NCBI RefSeq assembly: GCF_039830195.1
Contig: NZ_JBDODG010000007.1
Span: 4,638-68,637 of the forward strand
Reading direction: 5' to 3'
DNA: 64,000 nt
Source: Acetobacterium sp.
Lineage (GTDB): Bacteria; Bacillota; Clostridia; Eubacteriales; Eubacteriaceae
Positions 9,980-20,391 of this stretch are shown here, one piece after another. The position numbers and the translations under genes were made by a program. How positions within the stretch are numbered: the stretch's first letter is position 1; the number at the start of each line of letters is the position of its first letter. The notes under the pieces were generated by a model. The model had not been told where the DNA came from and searched no databases. It worked only from the letters and a program-made list of their open reading frames with translations.

Positions 9980-10030
9980 TCGACCAGCGGTCGATAGATG
10001 TATCTTAAAGCAAATCTGCTCATCTGTCAA
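9980..10030 (-). promoter_or_regulatory. TetR promoter and operator
   Basis: TTGACA (10030-10025), 17 bp, TAAGAT; TCGACCAGCGGTCGA at 9980-9994. Confidence 0.7.
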
Positions 10031-10165
10031 GTTTTTTTTATTCGCCCCCATGATCCCATGCTAATAATTTTTGGCTATCCCAGCACCTCACTTGCAATGT
10101 AACAATTATCTATGATAATATTAAATAAAGCTAACATCTAAATCCCTAAGAAACGAGAGAAATAA

Positions 10166-11395
10166 ATGAATACACCAACGAATTCTACTAAAAAAGGTGT
10201 CACCCATCAAAAATATCTGGGTGATCGGGGCCTGCTGATCTTCCTGGTTTTTTTAAGTGCCTTTGCTCCGCTGTCTACAGATCTTTATCTGCCGGCCCTG
10301 CCGACGATGACCACTTATTTCAATGTTCCTGAATATCTGACAAACCTGACCCTGATTTTGTTTTTTATCTTTTTCAGTGCCGGTATTCTAATTTGGGGAC
10401 CGCTCAGTGACAAGTATGGCCGGCGTCCGATTTTGCTGGTCGGGATTACCGGCTATGCCATCGCCAGCCTGCTCTGTGCGGTATCAGGCAGTATTTATCA
10501 GTTGATCTTTTTCCGGGTTCTGCAGGCCATCGGCGGCGGTTCGGCCAGTGCGGTGGCCACCGCTATCGTTAAGGATGTCTACCAGGAACGACGGCGCGAG
10601 AAAACCCTGGCCTTGGTTCAATCAATGGTCATTATTGTCCCCGCAGTTGCGCCGGTGATTGGGGCGCTACTGCTGAGCTTCACCTCCTGGCGGGGGGTTT
10701 TTATCATCCAGGGCATATTGGGCGTGATCATCCTGACGGGTTCCATCGTTTTCCAGGAAACCATTGAACACCGGGGTTCCGGAAATATTCTCCATACTTT
10801 GGGACGGCTGGGGGTGGTCCTGAAAAATCCCGGTTTTACTTCCCTGCTGCTGATTTTTTCGCTTTCCAGCATCTCTGGCCTGGCCTTTATTTCATCATCC
10901 TCTTATATTTATCAAAATGATTTTGGGACGAGCAGCCAGATTTACAGTTACTTTTTTGCCTTTAACGCCCTGGCGATGCTGTTGGGCCCCTTGATTTATA
11001 TTAAACTGTCCAACCATTTCAAGCGCTTTTCGATTATTAATCTTTGTTTTGGCATTACCATTTTAAGTGGTCTGGCCATTGTTCTGTTGGGCCAGAGTAA
11101 TCCCTTTATCTTTGCTCTGGCCTTATTCCCGGCTACCCTGGCGCAGAGCTGTTCGCGGCCACCCAGTGCCTACCTGATGCTGGATCAGCAAGCTGAGGAT
11201 GCCGGTTCGGCCTCCTCGTTAATGGGCTCCTTTGCCACCATTATGGGCAGCTGTGGGATGATTATTATTTCCTTCAACATGGATCATCTGATTCCTGTTA
11301 TTGGCGGACTCAACATCATTCTGGGATTGCTGTCCGGTGGCTTGTGGCTGGCCGTTACCAAAACACCTCTGCTCAGCAAAATCAGAGAAGCCTGA
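10166..11395 (+). CDS. Bcr/CflA-family MFS drug efflux transporter
   Basis: STDLYLPALP, GPLSDKYGRRPIL (motif A), RVLQAIGGG, AGSASSLMG. Confidence 0.92.
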   Translation: MNTPTNSTKKGVTHQKYLGDRGLLIFLVFLSAFAPLSTDLYLPALPTMTTYFNVPEYLTNLTLILFFIFFSAGILIWGPLSDKYGRRPILLVGITGYAIASLLCAVSGSIYQLIFFRVLQAIGGGSASAVATAIVKDVYQERRREKTLALVQSMVIIVPAVAPVIGALLLSFTSWRGVFIIQGILGVIILTGSIVFQETIEHRGSGNILHTLGRLGVVLKNPGFTSLLLIFSLSSISGLAFISSSSYIYQNDFGTSSQIYSYFFAFNALAMLLGPLIYIKLSNHFKRFSIINLCFGITILSGLAIVLLGQSNPFIFALALFPATLAQSCSRPPSAYLMLDQQAEDAGSASSLMGSFATIMGSCGMIIISFNMDHLIPVIGGLNIILGLLSGGLWLAVTKTPLLSKIREA

Positions 11396-11423
11396 TTTTT
11401 ATCATCGACTTTTGGGGCAAATT

Positions 11424-11466
11424 AAAACTTCCTTATCGACAATGCTGTGGATAAGGAAGTTTTTTT
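11424..11466. terminator. Bidirectional intrinsic terminator
   Basis: AAAACTTCCTTATC...GATAAGGAAGTTTTTTT between convergent genes. Confidence 0.85.
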
Positions 11467-11468
11467 GA

Positions 11469-14402
11469 TCACTTTTGCCGATCCCGGATTTCTTTTTGCA
11501 ACTCCGGATTGATCGCAGAAAACTCAAATGCCGGTCGGCCCAAATAATAACCCTGGGCATAGTCAACGCCCATCTCAATCACCGTAACCAGATCCGCTGA
11601 TGTTTCGATACCTTCGGCCACCACCTTAACACCCTTGTTATGACAAAAACTCACCAGATTCGCGACCAGGTTTTGTTTATCGACATTATTGTGGATGCCC
11701 TGAATCATCTCCATATCAATCTTGATGATATCCGGCAACAACGATAAAATTCGAATCTCATTGGAATAACCGCTGCCAAAATCATCCAGGGCAATCTGGA
11801 TCCCATCTTTTCTGATATAGTTGATTTTTTTAGCCAGACCTTCAGCGTTTCGACTCTCTTCCTCGGTCACCTCAAAAACCACCCGTTTAAAATGCTGAGC
11901 GTATTGCGTCTCCAGGATTAAATAATCTTCATGGTTCAGCATCTGGCTGGGGATACTGTTGATAAATATTTTACACTCACCAATCTCCTGAGCATGCTCA
12001 GCAATGGTCTGAAAGGCCATCAAAATGATCATCCGTTCCAGTTGCGCCAGTTTTGACTGGGCGGCGGCAACGGCCAAAACTTCGCTCGGATTTTTGAAGG
12101 TTTCCAATAAGGGACGCATTAAAGCCTCATACCCACTAATCTCAGCGGTTTTTAAATCAACAATCGGCTGAAAGGCAAAGCGAATCAGCTGTTCATCCAA
12201 CAAGCGATTGATAGCTTCCCGATTTTCCAGCAGATAGGACATCTGCTGATAATACGCCCGATTAAATTCAAACAACCGGCCTTTTTCCTTGTGTTTAGCC
12301 TCATACATGGCAAAATCTGATAATTTCAGTAAATCCATGACCGCGGTTGCATCCTGAGGATACCAGGCAACGCCGGCTGAAAAGCGGATCTGGTTGTCCC
12401 GGCCATCCGGTGTCGTCAGCGAAAAGGACCGGCCATATTCATACAGGTTATTGATAATTTTGCGAAGCCCCTCCTGGTCATCATAGCCGTGCAGGTAAAT
12501 GGCAAATTCATCGCCTGAAATCCGGGAGACAATGCCGCCATATTGTTCAAAATAACGGAAAATTTCACTGGCCCGAATAATCAACCGATCCCCGACATCA
12601 TGTCCGAAATTGTCATTGATATATTTGAGATTATCCAGATCAATGAAAATCATCGCCCCGATCTGATTTGGTTTTTCTGTTATTCTCCGGGTTGACTCCC
12701 GCTTTAAGGCGGTGTTGCTGAACAGCCCCGTCAAGGCATCATAATCCAGCTCATTGGTAAGTCGCCGTTTTTCTTCGATATCATCGGTGACATCCTGGAT
12801 TACCCCAACCACCCCGCTGGGCGACTTGGCTTCAAGAATCCGCAGCCACATCAGTTTTTCGGTATATTCGTCGTAATACTCATAGATATTTTCCTGATCT
12901 TCCAGCGGCTTTTGGGTAAGTTTCTGGTAGTAACGGCGCCAGTCCTCCTGGGCAATCAGACTCCCGGGATCCAGGTGCAGCAACCAATAAACAAAATCAG
13001 TGAGAATCACCTGATCCCCGTCCATCACTTCGTAGCCCCCAATGGGCAATAAACTCAGTTCCAGAATTTTAGAGGTGGTTTTGGTAACATTCCGCAAGCG
13101 CTGGTTTAACAATTGAACCGCTGCGGTCAAGTCATCGACCTCGAGCATTCCGGTAGGCTTGAAGTGAATTTCGTCATATGGCGAAAGCTCCCGGACATAT
13201 TTTGATAACCGCGAGATCTTGCGGGTAAAAAAGTAGACCAGTACCAAAACTGCCACAAAGGCCAGGATAGTTGTCAGCAGTATGCTGTAAACCAGCTTCG
13301 CTCTAACTGATGCGGAATTCTCTGACAAAACTTCACTGGGGACAAAACAGGCCAGAGTCCAGTTCTGTGCTGCAAAGGGTGAGTTGTCACTATAAACCTT
13401 CAATTCCCGCACGGAAGCAACCATCGCTCCCAATTCGCCCAGTTTTGTTGCAAAAATCCCTTCGTCTTTTTGACTTCTGAATTCAAGCTGCTCCCCGCTT
13501 TTTAAATAAGTTTCGGCCAATACCCCACTGGGAATAAACCAGTCGAGGTCCAAGGTCTGATCCTGCATTCCGGCAATTACATAGAAACTGTTATGATAAA
13601 GGAGATCTGAATCTGGCAGGTAGTGTTGAGCAAAATAGGGCATATCAATTTCGATTCCCACTACCCCATAACCATTCCCATTTTCATCAAGAACCGGTAT
13701 GGTGTAGCAGACGACCTGTTGATTATCGTTTAACAGATCCCGGGGCGGTGTCCAATAGCCATAGCGCTCAATTTCCGAGTTTTTAAACTGAGTACTGGCC
13801 CAGATCGGTTTTTCATAAAAATCAAACTCCCCGTCTTCACTGCCTGAGCGGATATCCAGATTCCAACGGATGCTGGTCGCCATGGTGTATTGCCGGGACA
13901 CCGCGATGGGACCAATTTCCAGTAGATAATTTGATGTACCGCGACTATCTGGTGTAGTATTGCGAATATATACGGCCGAATGGGCCGCTGGATCTCCTTT
14001 GTTTGAATTCGATCCATTCAAAACAAAGAAAGCCCCAGTCACCCGATTTTCTTTCAGGATTGATACCAACGAATCACTGGCCAGTAACGCGGCCTCATTA
14101 TATGCTGAATCGTTAAGATACAGACTTTCCGGGCTACTGCCCTGTTGTCGGGCTAATAATATCAATGCTGAATTCAGTTGTTCGGTCTGATCAGCCATAT
14201 TGGTAATCGTCTGACCCACCGATGTATTAAATTTTTCCATTCGGGTTTCGGTAGTATTGTTTAGTAATCGGACCGCTTCTGCATCCAGCATGAAAAATAC
14301 CTGAGATACCCATAGTGCCGATAGTAAGGCCAGACTTTGAAAAAATACAATCAAGGCCAATAGAATATTTAGCTGTCTTCGGAGTGTCCAGGTTTTTTTC
14401 AT
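11469..14402 (-). CDS. Membrane GGDEF-EAL c-di-GMP enzyme with large extracytoplasmic sensor domain
   Basis: Two TM segments flanking a ~370-aa external domain, HAMP-like linker, SGDEF, EAL and DDFGSGYS motifs; RBS before ATG 14402. Confidence 0.9.
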   Translation of the reverse strand: MKKTWTLRRQLNILLALIVFFQSLALLSALWVSQVFFMLDAEAVRLLNNTTETRMEKFNTSVGQTITNMADQTEQLNSALILLARQQGSSPESLYLNDSAYNEAALLASDSLVSILKENRVTGAFFVLNGSNSNKGDPAAHSAVYIRNTTPDSRGTSNYLLEIGPIAVSRQYTMATSIRWNLDIRSGSEDGEFDFYEKPIWASTQFKNSEIERYGYWTPPRDLLNDNQQVVCYTIPVLDENGNGYGVVGIEIDMPYFAQHYLPDSDLLYHNSFYVIAGMQDQTLDLDWFIPSGVLAETYLKSGEQLEFRSQKDEGIFATKLGELGAMVASVRELKVYSDNSPFAAQNWTLACFVPSEVLSENSASVRAKLVYSILLTTILAFVAVLVLVYFFTRKISRLSKYVRELSPYDEIHFKPTGMLEVDDLTAAVQLLNQRLRNVTKTTSKILELSLLPIGGYEVMDGDQVILTDFVYWLLHLDPGSLIAQEDWRRYYQKLTQKPLEDQENIYEYYDEYTEKLMWLRILEAKSPSGVVGVIQDVTDDIEEKRRLTNELDYDALTGLFSNTALKRESTRRITEKPNQIGAMIFIDLDNLKYINDNFGHDVGDRLIIRASEIFRYFEQYGGIVSRISGDEFAIYLHGYDDQEGLRKIINNLYEYGRSFSLTTPDGRDNQIRFSAGVAWYPQDATAVMDLLKLSDFAMYEAKHKEKGRLFEFNRAYYQQMSYLLENREAINRLLDEQLIRFAFQPIVDLKTAEISGYEALMRPLLETFKNPSEVLAVAAAQSKLAQLERMIILMAFQTIAEHAQEIGECKIFINSIPSQMLNHEDYLILETQYAQHFKRVVFEVTEEESRNAEGLAKKINYIRKDGIQIALDDFGSGYSNEIRILSLLPDIIKIDMEMIQGIHNNVDKQNLVANLVSFCHNKGVKVVAEGIETSADLVTVIEMGVDYAQGYYLGRPAFEFSAINPELQKEIRDRQK

Positions 14403-14437
14403 GCAATATTCCTTATCAACGATTTCGATTCGTCCAA

Positions 14438-15898
14438 TTATTTTTCTACATAAGTTATGCCAGACTGATCCAGTCGGCTGCGAATAGCTGTCAGCCACTC
14501 TTCAAAGCGGGCATTTAAATCCAGCGCTGCTAATATTTCGGCTTCTGATAGCCCCTGTTCCTTTAAGGCCGCGACATTTTGACGCCCGGTTTCACCCATG
14601 GTCGTCAGCGATTCGGCCAGGGTGGTTCGTACTTCATAGCTCCCTTTAAACGGCAAGGAGGCATAGGTATCACGTTCCCGGATCTGATTCAGGGCAACAT
14701 CATAGACTTCAGCAATATTCTTTTGGGCGGCCTCGCCAGCCTGCAACTTTTCCAGGGATGCCGTAAATTCAGCGTTGTCGTAAGCGCCGGATTGCACCGG
14801 CAGATAACCCGTGGTTATAGCAAAATCAATATTTTCAGCTTCTGAGGTAAACCATTTTAGAAAAACAACTGCCCCTTCCTGCTTTTCTGGCGTCGAATTG
14901 GCCACACTCATTCCAGCGCCCTGCTGGATTGCGTAAGGACTGCCCCCGTCAAAGACCGGATAGGACAGTGCCTGAAAGTCAATCGGCTGTTGGGTATTAT
15001 CCTTTTCAATCCAGGTTGGAAAATAGGCGGCTCCCGACGATGAACCCACATAGGCGGCCAGATCGCCAGCCTTAATATCATCCGACCGGAATTTGCCCAC
15101 GGCATTGAAATAGCCCAGGCTGATGCCCCCATAATAAGTATCAAAGATCTTCTTCATCGCGGCTCGATCTAAAACCACCTGCTGGTTTTGGCCATCAATG
15201 ACTTCAACCCCTAATTGTTTATTGCCGATAATGACATAATTGGCAACCGAATCAACGCCCATCAGGCTTTTTCCATCCCCGACCGTTTCCGGCGTTTGAG
15301 CATCGGTCCACTGATAATAGGCCTGCGCCGCCGCATAAACCCCTTCCCAGGTATTAAGCTTATTGGCGTCGATCCCGGTGGCCACCGCAAATTCGTTCCA
15401 AGCCGTTTCATTAACATAAAGCAGTTCGGTACTTTTGACAATCGGCAGAATCAGCAGCCGCTCGCCATCAAACTGGCCGTCATTCAGAAATTCTTTTATA
15501 TACAGGGCCGTCTCAGTTTCAGTGAAGTAATCGTTTAAGTCACAGAGCTTGCCGAGTTCATCTATTTCCAACGCTTTGTCCGGATAACTGGAAAACAGAT
15601 CTGGCATCGCTTCAGCATTTATGACCCCTTTAGCCGCGTCGGTGACGGCTTTTTCCAACTCCGCAACACTGCCTTTGGCTACCGCATTGACAACAACCCC
15701 TTTTTCTGAACCGACACTTTTATTAAAGCTATCCACTGCGGTTTCCAGGGCAATCTTATTGTCTCCCACATAATAATGCCATAAGGTAATGGACACCGGA
15801 TTTTTCGGGTTCAGAGCGGTTTTTTCCCCCGCCGAGCAGGCCGTCAACAAGATCAGCACACTTAAAACCAGTCCGGTCAATAAAAACTTTCTTTTCAT
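14438..15898 (-). CDS. Extracellular solute-binding lipoprotein (family 1-like)
   Basis: Lipobox LTAC, ITLWHYY, QQGAGMSV, FLKWFTS, TGYLPV; RBS before ATG 15898. Confidence 0.88.
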   Translation of the reverse strand: MKRKFLLTGLVLSVLILLTACSAGEKTALNPKNPVSITLWHYYVGDNKIALETAVDSFNKSVGSEKGVVVNAVAKGSVAELEKAVTDAAKGVINAEAMPDLFSSYPDKALEIDELGKLCDLNDYFTETETALYIKEFLNDGQFDGERLLILPIVKSTELLYVNETAWNEFAVATGIDANKLNTWEGVYAAAQAYYQWTDAQTPETVGDGKSLMGVDSVANYVIIGNKQLGVEVIDGQNQQVVLDRAAMKKIFDTYYGGISLGYFNAVGKFRSDDIKAGDLAAYVGSSSGAAYFPTWIEKDNTQQPIDFQALSYPVFDGGSPYAIQQGAGMSVANSTPEKQEGAVVFLKWFTSEAENIDFAITTGYLPVQSGAYDNAEFTASLEKLQAGEAAQKNIAEVYDVALNQIRERDTYASLPFKGSYEVRTTLAESLTTMGETGRQNVAALKEQGLSEAEILAALDLNARFEEWLTAIRSRLDQSGITYVEK

Positions 15899-16052
15899 CG
15901 TTTCCCTCTCTTTTAAAAACAATCATTGTCTTCTAATAGCTATTTTAACAGAGGTTTCCATCGATGAAAAGAATTATTAGTAAAACTGCTGCTGTTTTCA
16001 ATTTTATCAGCACTCATCACTTCCCCCTTTGCTTGAGTAATGGGATCAACGC

Positions 16053-16104
16053 AAAAAAAGACTGGAGCCGATTCCACATTTTATTCTGTAGAACCGGCTC
16101 AGTC
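16053..16104 (-). terminator. Intrinsic terminator ~150 bp upstream of the solute-binding gene
   Basis: Minus strand GACTGAGCCGGTTC...GAATCGGCTCCAGTC followed by TTTTTTT. Confidence 0.7.
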
Positions 16105-16706
16105 CAAAATCTCTGTTGTCATCCGTTTGGATTCCTCCTATTGATTTTTTATCAAAAATCTTCTTTTTCTCTTTTTATCGTAAATTTCATCAACCGTTTA
16201 CTTTTAAGACTTGTTTTGTTTTATACTCACCAGATGCTTATTTACTAGACTTTTACTTGTTATTTTTGATTGGGAACTTTTTCTCTGTTCCAATTTTTCT
16301 TTGGATGTGGTTTTCAGAAACCGTGAGAACTTTTCTTGTTTCAAGAATATCTTTCAATGATCGTTCATTTAATTCTTGTGAGTTTGCCTGCGTTTCTTAA
16401 TTTCATGGGAATTTTAAAAACTCTTTTTTACCGATAAACTAATTGATTTTGTCCGTTTCAGTTATTATCCTGATATTGACGTATCGTTAACTTTATTGGC
16501 TGGTTGATTAGTCTTTACTTTTCAATGATCAGAATCATTAAATTCTAAAAAGAATTAGTTGATCTTTGATTTATCTATATTATAGCACCTTCTACTAATA
16601 AGTAAATAGTTTTTTTTGTAAACGTTTGTATATATTTTGTTGAACTCAATATAAATTTTGTAAAAAGGGTTGCCAACTTGTATAAACCGTGAAGGAGCCA
16701 TTAAGA

Positions 16707-17327
16707 TCAGGGCTTTACGAATCCTTCATCCGACGCATTCTGAATGTTGTTTAAAAATTCCTGGATCTTCATCTTCGACTTTTGGCTTTGTTCCTCATCG
16801 TAAAACGCCGATCCGTGATCAAGATAACCATGCCTTGCCTGAAATTGATAAACCTGCACCCTCGTCTTTTCGCTGATTTGGCCGACCACTGCCGGCACAT
16901 CAAAGGAATCCTGTTCAGCAAACAATAACAGTACCGGACAGGCCGGCTGAAGCTCTAAGTAATCCCGAATCCGGGACCCATAACAGCCGATAATGCCATC
17001 ACACCACGGCGTTTCGCTGCAACGCCAGGCGATGGTTGCCCCAACACTAAAACCCATGATAAAGACCTGTCGGTAAGTCTGCTTGAGTTGTCGCAGCTGT
17101 GCTACAATCGTCTGATAGCAGGCAAAACCGACCTCACGGTTAAAATAGTCATAGGCAGATTGCGCCTCGGCATATGAAAAAGCCTCCCGCTTCAGGAGGT
17201 TGGGACAATACACGGCAAAGCCCTGTTGTTGATACTCCGCTGCCAGGGTTTTAATAAAGGGATTGATCCCATATATTTCATGGAGAATAATGATGGCGGC
17301 CTGGTGGTTATTATCGATCTTATTCAT
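16707..17327 (-). CDS. Dienelactone hydrolase-family protein
   Basis: LHEIYGIN, GFSVGA, YGSRIR, HGY motifs. Confidence 0.88.
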   Translation of the reverse strand: MNKIDNNHQAAIIILHEIYGINPFIKTLAAEYQQQGFAVYCPNLLKREAFSYAEAQSAYDYFNREVGFACYQTIVAQLRQLKQTYRQVFIMGFSVGATIAWRCSETPWCDGIIGCYGSRIRDYLELQPACPVLLLFAEQDSFDVPAVVGQISEKTRVQVYQFQARHGYLDHGSAFYDEEQSQKSKMKIQEFLNNIQNASDEGFVKP

Positions 17328-17373
17328 CTGTCTCCCTTTACACTTAACGCGGTGTTACCGCCGGTGGATGCAG

Positions 17374-18300
17374 CTAATCCCCAAACGCCCGCTTCAAGGC
17401 GTCGACACGCCGGATTAGGCTGCCTTTGACTATTTCACTTGTTTCGGCTATTTCAAACCCATGAATGGTTCCTCTGGTCTGATTCAACTCAACCGCAACC
17501 CGGCTTTGCTGCAGCGCTTCAGTGAAAAGAATCCCTTCGTCCCGGAGACAGTCAAACTCGGCCACTTCAACATAAGCGGGGGGCAGGTTGTCAAAGGATG
17601 TTGCTTCCATCGGCGACGCGTAAGCCTTGTCACGATGAACCTGATCACCCAGGTAAAGCTGCCACATTTTCTGATTCTGTCGGGCATTCCAGAGCGGGGT
17701 GTCGACAAATTCCTTGATTGAGTCAGTTATCTGCCGGGCATCAGTGACCGGATAGATGAGCATCTGAAAACTGATTTTCGGTGCCTTGCGATCCCGCGCC
17801 ATCAAACAGACTGCCGCCGCCAGGGCGCCGCCGGCACTGTCACCCCCCACGGCAATTTTTTCGGGATCAATGCCGATTTCTGCCGCATTGTGATGGACCC
17901 AATTAAAAGCAGCATAACAATCTTCCACCCCCACCGGGAAAGCATGTTTGGGTGCCAGCCGATAGTCAACGAAAACCACCTTACAGGGGGTATGCTTAGC
18001 ATATTCACAGATCAGATGCTTATGAAAGGCGGCCGACTTCAACACAAAGGCGCCACCGTGGAGATAGATCAGACAGGGCAAGGGCGCCGCTATCTCCTCC
18101 GGTTCGTAGATGATAATCTCCACTGGTTCATGAAGATAGCCGGGAATTCTTTTTCTGATTTCACGCACTCCTTGATTCGGCAAGCGTTTATTAAAGCCTC
18201 GCTCTATAATCCCATTCATCAGCGGTAATAAGCCTGGTGCTATCGGTGTTTTCATCTTTTCATATTTTACAAAGTCCGGATGGATCGGGTATTTCGTCAA
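17374..18300 (-). CDS. Alpha/beta hydrolase, HSL/family IV esterase
   Basis: HGGAF, DYRLAPKH, GDSAGG, EFDCLRDEG, HGF. Confidence 0.92.
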   Translation of the reverse strand: MTKYPIHPDFVKYEKMKTPIAPGLLPLMNGIIERGFNKRLPNQGVREIRKRIPGYLHEPVEIIIYEPEEIAAPLPCLIYLHGGAFVLKSAAFHKHLICEYAKHTPCKVVFVDYRLAPKHAFPVGVEDCYAAFNWVHHNAAEIGIDPEKIAVGGDSAGGALAAAVCLMARDRKAPKISFQMLIYPVTDARQITDSIKEFVDTPLWNARQNQKMWQLYLGDQVHRDKAYASPMEATSFDNLPPAYVEVAEFDCLRDEGILFTEALQQSRVAVELNQTRGTIHGFEIAETSEIVKGSLIRRVDALKRAFGD

Positions 18301-18362
18301 AATGGGCCTCCTGATAAATCATTAAATTTTTTGCGCTAAATTTTCGCTACATTCTATTGTAA

Positions 18363-18815
18363 TCAATGGTTCTCTTCATTCCAGCGGTATCGCTTATTTG
18401 TTCGTAAAGTCTCAAGCTCACAATGCAAACATAGCCCGTTATGACAACAGATTGGTTCACCGCATTTAGGACATGCCCATTTTTCCGTTTCGCTTTTCAA
18501 AAAAGCATCGATGCCATTTCGCTGAATATCTTTCAGGTTTTCAATCATACTCATATGATATTTGGTGCGATAACGCTTATCCAGTCCCTTTAAACGCCGG
18601 CAGGGAAAATCACTGCATTCATAACAAAAACGAATCCGGCCGTTTTTTAGCAGCTCACACTGATCACCCATATGGGTGCAGTTTTCACCTCTGGGGATAC
18701 AGCCGGGACAATATTTCCGATTAAATCCCTGCTTCTTTAAATCGTTTTTCATCATTTGATAGTGGACACACAAACTACAATTCATACCACAGGGGGCCAT
18801 CAGATTTTTGTCCAT
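18363..18815 (-). CDS. DUF3795-like cysteine-rich protein
   Basis: APCGMNCSLC, CPGC, FCYECSDFPC plus C-terminal CPKC...CLHC. Confidence 0.75.
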   Translation of the reverse strand: MDKNLMAPCGMNCSLCVHYQMMKNDLKKQGFNRKYCPGCIPRGENCTHMGDQCELLKNGRIRFCYECSDFPCRRLKGLDKRYRTKYHMSMIENLKDIQRNGIDAFLKSETEKWACPKCGEPICCHNGLCLHCELETLRTNKRYRWNEENH

Positions 18816-18907
18816 CACGAACACCTCCAATTATTAAGTGAGCAGTATCTGTAAAAATAAGCGCCTTCTTTCAAATAAACTAACTGCCATAACCACGCCC
18901 ATCGCCC

Positions 18908-19267
18908 TCATCCGCTCGGCATGGCCATGTTTCCGTACATGGTCAGTAGGCTCATTCCAATTATAATAACGTATGGCGAATACTTGTAGATCGGATCTTT
19001 TAGCAGCTGTATAAACATAATGAAAAAACCGACCAGGAAGGCTACTAAGCCAAAATTGAAGAATAATGCCCGAAAATTGATGCTTTCCCAGGACTGGGTG
19101 ATAATATTGATATAACTTGAGTGTGAAATACAGATTAAAAAACAGGCCCAAGCAACGAAAGCATTCGAAATCCTGATTGATCGTTCACTATTTTTGGTCG
19201 TTCTTGATAACACGATCAAGCAACAAACTATGCTTGCCGATCCACTCAATAGCAATAAATCATTCAT
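18908..19267 (-). CDS. Small 4-TM hypothetical membrane protein
   Basis: 119-aa ORF with four hydrophobic segments, co-oriented with neighbours. Confidence 0.6.
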   Translation of the reverse strand: MNDLLLLSGSASIVCCLIVLSRTTKNSERSIRISNAFVAWACFLICISHSSYINIITQSWESINFRALFFNFGLVAFLVGFFIMFIQLLKDPIYKYSPYVIIIGMSLLTMYGNMAMPSG

Positions 19268-19377
19268 TTCCTGACCGCCCCTTTCGATCGCTTTTTTAGT
19301 AACAACACCCGTTTTATCCGGTTATCGTACGATAACCAAACCAACCGTTTTTTTTATTGTATCATGTCGCTGCAGCG

Positions 19378-19404
19378 ATGACAAACAAAACGTCGCCTTG
19401 TCAT
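19378..19404. repeat. 27-bp dispersed palindromic repeat, copy A
   Basis: ATGACAAACAAAACGTCGCCTTGTCAT; 23/27 identical to the reverse complement of the 60100-60126 copy. Confidence 0.75.
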
Positions 19405-19432
19405 AATTAACCGATTTAAAAATGTATGAAAT

Positions 19433-19483
19433 AAAAAACAGGAAGCGTAATCTCGTCAGTTGATCTCACGCTTCCTGTTTTTT
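19433..19483 (-). terminator. Terminator of the aldolase gene
   Basis: AAAAAACAGGAAGCGT...ACGCTTCCTGTTTTTT. Confidence 0.85.
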
Positions 19484-19503
19484 GTTATTAATGTGTAGCT
19501 AAT

Positions 19504-20391
19504 CTATTTAATCGAGGCCGCGTAAATCGATTGGATCGATTCATCTAACATCTTGTTAAATTCTTCATCACTTTGGTTCGCATTAAGTCCTTCGGTTAGG
19601 GCTCTTGAGAAACTGGCAATCAGTTTCGGATTCTTAGCCAGTTTTTGATTTGATTCTTCGCGGGAATAGCCTCCCGATAAGGCAACTGTTCTAACAACAT
19701 TTGGATGCGCAATAATCTCTTGATAAAAATTATCAACCTCTGGAATGGTCAGCTTAAACATAACCTGACAGCTCGCATCCACAGTTTTCAGGTACCCAAG
19801 GATTTCTTGTTTGAGGATGGCTTCCGCTTCAGCCTTATTGGGTGTATGAATATCAACCTCCGGCTCTAAAATTGGAATAAATCCAGCCGCAACAATCATT
19901 TTGCCCAGTTCAAATTGTTGTTCAACAATCGCTTTGATCCCAGTTGGATTGGCTTCTTTGATGACAGAACGCATTTTTGTCCCGAAAATATGTCGGTCTT
20001 TTGCACGAACGAGTAAGGCATCAAGGTCCGAAATCGGTTTCATTAATTGAACGCCATTCTCTAAATCCAATAAACCTTTATCCACTTTTAGAATCGGCAC
20101 GATACCTTTCGTCTCCCAGAGATAATCCGCACTATATTTTCCATCTACTTTCAGATCCATTGTTTTTTCAAATAAGATTGCTGCCAGGATCCGATCTTTC
20201 GTAAAAGCAGGACTCTTCATAATCCTTGAGCGCATCTCGTGAACCATTTGAAACATCTCCGTTTCATCAGCATAGGCTTCTTTAGGAATTCCATAGCTAG
20301 CCAGTGCTTTTGGTGTACTACCCCCACTTTGATCCAGGGCTGCAATAAAACCTTTGTCATTTTTCATTCGCTCCAATTGTAAGATATTCAT
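19504..20391 (-). CDS. fda: Class I fructose-bisphosphate aldolase (Staphylococcus Fda type)
   Basis: [53 protein letters not shown]; RBS GGAGG before ATG 20391. Confidence 0.93.
   Translation of the reverse strand: MNILQLERMKNDKGFIAALDQSGGSTPKALASYGIPKEAYADETEMFQMVHEMRSRIMKSPAFTKDRILAAILFEKTMDLKVDGKYSADYLWETKGIVPILKVDKGLLDLENGVQLMKPISDLDALLVRAKDRHIFGTKMRSVIKEANPTGIKAIVEQQFELGKMIVAAGFIPILEPEVDIHTPNKAEAEAILKQEILGYLKTVDASCQVMFKLTIPEVDNFYQEIIAHPNVVRTVALSGGYSREESNQKLAKNPKLIASFSRALTEGLNANQSDEEFNKMLDESIQSIYAASIK

Noticed and set aside
19504-20391. Class I aldolase as a novelty
   Set aside because: Well-known family; ordinary monocistronic gene.
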